From the human T2T-CHM13v2.0 reference genome, Homo sapiens: 64,000 nt of DNA. The DNA is taken from NCBI RefSeq assembly GCF_009914755.1, contig NC_060929.1. One strand, 5' to 3'. Below the pieces are notes generated by a model. It was not told the origin of the DNA. It saw only the letters and a list, made by a program, of their open reading frames with translations, and made no database searches. Positions 63,696 to 64,000 of the stretch are shown here, piece by piece (positions within the stretch are counted from its first letter, which is position 1; each line of letters opens with the position of its first letter). Made by a program: the position numbers and the translations under genes.

Positions 63696-64000
63696 TGAGA
63701 GGTGAAGCCAGCTGGACTTCCTGGGTCGAGTGGGGACTTGGAGAACTTTTCTGTCTTACAAGAGGTTTGTAAAACGCACCAATTAGTGCTCTGTAGCTAA
63801 CTAGAGGTTTGTAAAATGCACCAATCAGCACTCTGTAGCTAGCTAGAGGTTTGTAAAATGCACCAATCAGTGCTCTGTAAAATGGACCAGTCAGCACTCT
63901 GTAAAATGGACCAATCAACAGGACATGAGTGGGGACAAATAAGGGAATAAAAGCTGGCCACCCCAGCCAGCAGGGCAACCTGCTTGGGTCCCCTCCCACA
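63696..64000 (+). mobile_element. LTR12-family LTR (short LTR12F-like type), runs off the window
   Basis: TGAGAGGTGAAGCCAGCTGGACTTCCTGGGTCGAGTGGGGACTTGGAGAAC start, repeated GTAAAATGCACCAATCAGCACTCTGT, and GGGAATAAAAGCTGGCC. Confidence 0.9.

Overview
Primate (human-like) genomic DNA that appears intergenic or deep intronic. I find no credible protein-coding exon. Nearly all ORFs in the track are Alu, LTR or simple-repeat translations. Roughly 80 Alu copies or fragments cover about a third of the window (count by eye), alongside old L1, L2, MIR, MLT and MER relics. The main structures are: (1) a decayed 5'-truncated ERV (~12974-20356) with gag-like and env-like remnants and a MER4-family 3' LTR, hosting a solo LTR12 (+) and a solo LTR7/HERV-H (-) in convergent orientation; (2) a solo LTR13, a truncated LTR12C, an ERV1 LTR nested in an Alu, and an LTR12-type element at the right edge; (3) a near-perfect 12 x 54 bp minisatellite whose unit holds interlocking inverted repeats plus Forkhead and T-box motifs; (4) a 130 bp non-Alu inverted duplication whose junctions reconstruct a ~2 kb inversion; (5) an ancient ~76% identical local duplication; (6) a tiny poly(A)-tailed, TSD-flanked retrocopy of an LTR 3' end; (7) a MADE1 (miR-548-type) hairpin. 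Repeat family names come from recalled consensus sequences, not a database search. Coordinates of old repeats are approximate.
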